This document shows, piece by piece, positions 61,717 through 64,000 of a DNA stretch of 64,000 bases. The DNA is from Tricharina praecox (Eukaryota). The notes beneath the pieces are model-generated. The model was not told the DNA's origin, did not search any database, and saw only the letters and a program-made list of their open reading frames with translations. How positions within the stretch are numbered: position 1 is the first letter of the stretch; the number at the start of each line of letters is the position of its first letter. A program made the translations under genes and the position numbers. The stretch is from NCBI RefSeq assembly GCF_024521635.1, contig NW_026250441.1, positions 62,001-126,000 on the forward strand. Direction: 5' to 3'.

Positions 61717-63072
61717 GTGCCGTGGGGGAGGGAGCCGCGATGGAATTTGCCTGTTGAGTGTAGTGGAGGAGCAAGCCTCGATGGAACTTGCCTTTTGGTT
61801 GCCACGGGGGAGGGGGGCAGGGGGCTAGACTCGACGAAGAGTTCCTCTCCTCGCGCTTTCGGGTATGAACTTTTCCGGCTGGTGTAGCCTTGCTGCACCG
61901 CGTGTAGTAGCTGGTTGGAACTATCGTCGTCTTGCATCAAAGACTACGGTGACGCCCCGGAAGTTGCCGCTATTGATATCGACAGTGGAGACGGGTTGTG
62001 GAGACGGAAGGCATTCCTCTAGGGATAGGGAAAAGTGTATGATTTGTTTCGTGCTTCTGTTTCTTTTCTCCATTGAGCGCATACCATGATGCCACAGCCC
62101 GTTCCAAGCCATGGAGATATAATTATACACCCTCTTCCCTCATTTTTGCTTTTTATGTTTCGAGTCGTGAGTCTGGAGTCTCGGATTGGAATGCACGATG
62201 CAACTCCGTCACTGTCATATGACATCGCCAGCTGCAGCGTATGCAGCGTAGGAAGACCCCCACCGCCCTCTTTTTTCATCTTCTTTGCAATTACCACTGC
62301 ATTCGACCTCCCTAGATCATGGTCAGTTACATAACCAGTCCCTCCCACAGTCCCACTCCTCATGTTCTGTGCCGAGGAAAGCGATGAGGCGTTAAACTGG
62401 CTGGAGGAGTTAGTTGGGGGAAGGGACTTCGATGTGGGGATTTGAAAGACTGGAGGCATGTCGCGCGCGTTTTCCTTTTCCTGTTGACGTCTCCTTTCCA
62501 TCTTTCTTTCTGTCTCTTTCTGTGTGTAGACGGACTGGGCAGAGAGCAATAGGGAACCCCGTCGAGCTCGCGGCCAGTGGCCAGCGTTCGGAAACAGTAG
62601 GGTGGAACCGGATGTGTGTACGGCATAGGTACAGCCATGATCTGCTAAGGTCGAATGCTACCTACTAGGATGAAATCAGAAAATAATCTTCATGTTTTGT
62701 TTCTCCATTGTTTGCATGCGCCCGATCTACCGTAGATCATGGTAATGGGTATACAGCGTACCCACTCCTGAGTCCTCATGTGCCGGCGCCACCCGATCCA
62801 CCAACCCCACTACCCCATCTCCGAGTGACCGCTGATGCGGGATCACCCGGAACCGCCCCGCATCTTCCCGCAGAGTAGCAGAGTAGCAGAGTAGAGAAGC
62901 ACAGTGACATCACCCTGCAGACTGCGTCGATCTTCAAACGTCGATCTTCAGCCTCGTATTCCCCCGCAGCGCATCATTCACTTTCGCGCATTCCTCGCTC
63001 GTGAGTCGTTACACCTGATTTCGATTCCTGAGGGCGGAAACGAGTTCCGGCCGGCCGATGGTGCATTTTCAG

Positions 63073-63252
63073 ATGCATACCTTCGTAGATATGTGTGGAA
63101 TAGATGGAGGCGTCTCCGCAATGTTCATTCCGACAGTTCTCTGCGGTGGGTACTGGGTTTACATGTCACGGAGATTTCTCGAGATCGCGGTACTAGTAGT
63201 TGCGTACTTCGGTGCAATCACTCTTTACGGTATCATGTATTTTCTTGTCTAA
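63073..63252 (+). CDS. candidate 59-aa two-helix membrane microprotein
   Basis: ATG lies directly after an intron-like segment 63001-63072 (GTGAGT..CTGAT..TTTTCAG); two hydrophobic segments. Confidence 0.35.
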   Translation: MHTFVDMCGIDGGVSAMFIPTVLCGGYWVYMSRRFLEIAVLVVAYFGAITLYGIMYFLV

Positions 63253-63521
63253 TCACCATCGCATCCGACCTTAGTACTCTACATACCTAGATCAAGGCCG
63301 ACACGGTACCATGGTTGAAGCGACAGATCTCACGGATCTCACGCACTCGTACATACGCGAGTGAAAGCAGCAGTAGCAGTAGGCACTTGGGTAGACAGAT
63401 GAAAAATAATTATAACCGACCGACCGAAAACTGCCTACCCCAACCAGCTAGATAGGTTCCAACAAAAAAACGCCCGCTCAAAAAAACCATAAACATACAC
63501 AGCTACGGAGATGGCGGGAAA

Positions 63522-64000
63522 CTACCATCCCATAATCTCATTCCCCCTCCAGACCGCCTCCCTCGCGCCCTCCGTCATGTCCTCCTGCACCTCCCACCCC
63601 TCCCCCCCCATCCCCATCTCCCTAGTCCCAGCCGTCTCCCAATCCACCTTCCCGACAAACTTCCCCTCCCCCACAGCCGGATTCCCGGCGCCCGGAAAAT
63701 CCGGGGGCACCTCTCCCGCCAGCGCCGCATCCTTCTGCCTCCTGAGGGCCTCCACATTCCCGGGGGTCAGCGGGGTGGCGGGGATATAAAACACGCTGCT
63801 ATCCGCGCGTCCCGCATGCGTTTTATCAACGGCATGAATCGCATCACAATGCCAGGCGACAAAATCACCGGGCGCCACTTCGGGGATCGAGACCATTCCC
63901 TCCTGCAGCCTCAACCCGGGGTGGTTATCGGACGAAAGCTCCTGGCACGCGCCCATCGCGGCGCCCTCGAACCCCGTGCGAGCCGGGTCCACCCGTCCAT
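63522..64000 (-). CDS. DUF1479 (Gig2-like oxygenase-fold) protein, C-terminal part
   Basis: PEVAPGDFVAWHCDAIHAVD..DSSVFYIPATPLT..RQ..G..PPDF motif. Confidence 0.85.
   Translation of the reverse strand, partial: GRVDPARTGFEGAAMGACQELSSDNHPGLRLQEGMVSIPEVAPGDFVAWHCDAIHAVDKTHAGRADSSVFYIPATPLTPGNVEALRRQKDAALAGEVPPDFPGAGNPAVGEGKFVGKVDWETAGTREMGMGGEGWEVQEDMTEGAREAVWRGNEIMGW

Overview
Intron-rich filamentous ascomycete DNA; a Pezizomycete origin is my inference from gene content and intron signals. Ordinary genes include an EDEM/Mnl1-type GH47 mannosidase, two small secreted Cys-rich proteins, an amino-acid permease, a GH115 alpha-glucuronidase, a Mid2/WSC-like surface protein and a DUF1479 protein. 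An accessory block at about 12-30 kb holds a dead NACHT-ankyrin NLR and an apparently intact one (21932-28696). The intact NLR is the highlight: its C-terminal tail is encoded by about 63 single-codon (3-nt) micro-exons, each flanked by a canonical ~70-nt GT..CTRAY..AG intron. Forty-five of these form a near-perfect 71-bp tandem array of a 68-nt intron plus a variable codon (GAA/CGC/TGG/ATT/TCG), which superficially looks like a satellite or CRISPR. Also present are four copies of a hAT-type MITE family (CAGTGTTCTCC TIR, 8-bp TSD), a mitochondrial group I intron/LAGLIDADG NUMT and a frameshifted Zn2Cys6-ankyrin gene. All gene models and family calls were read by eye; no searches were run.
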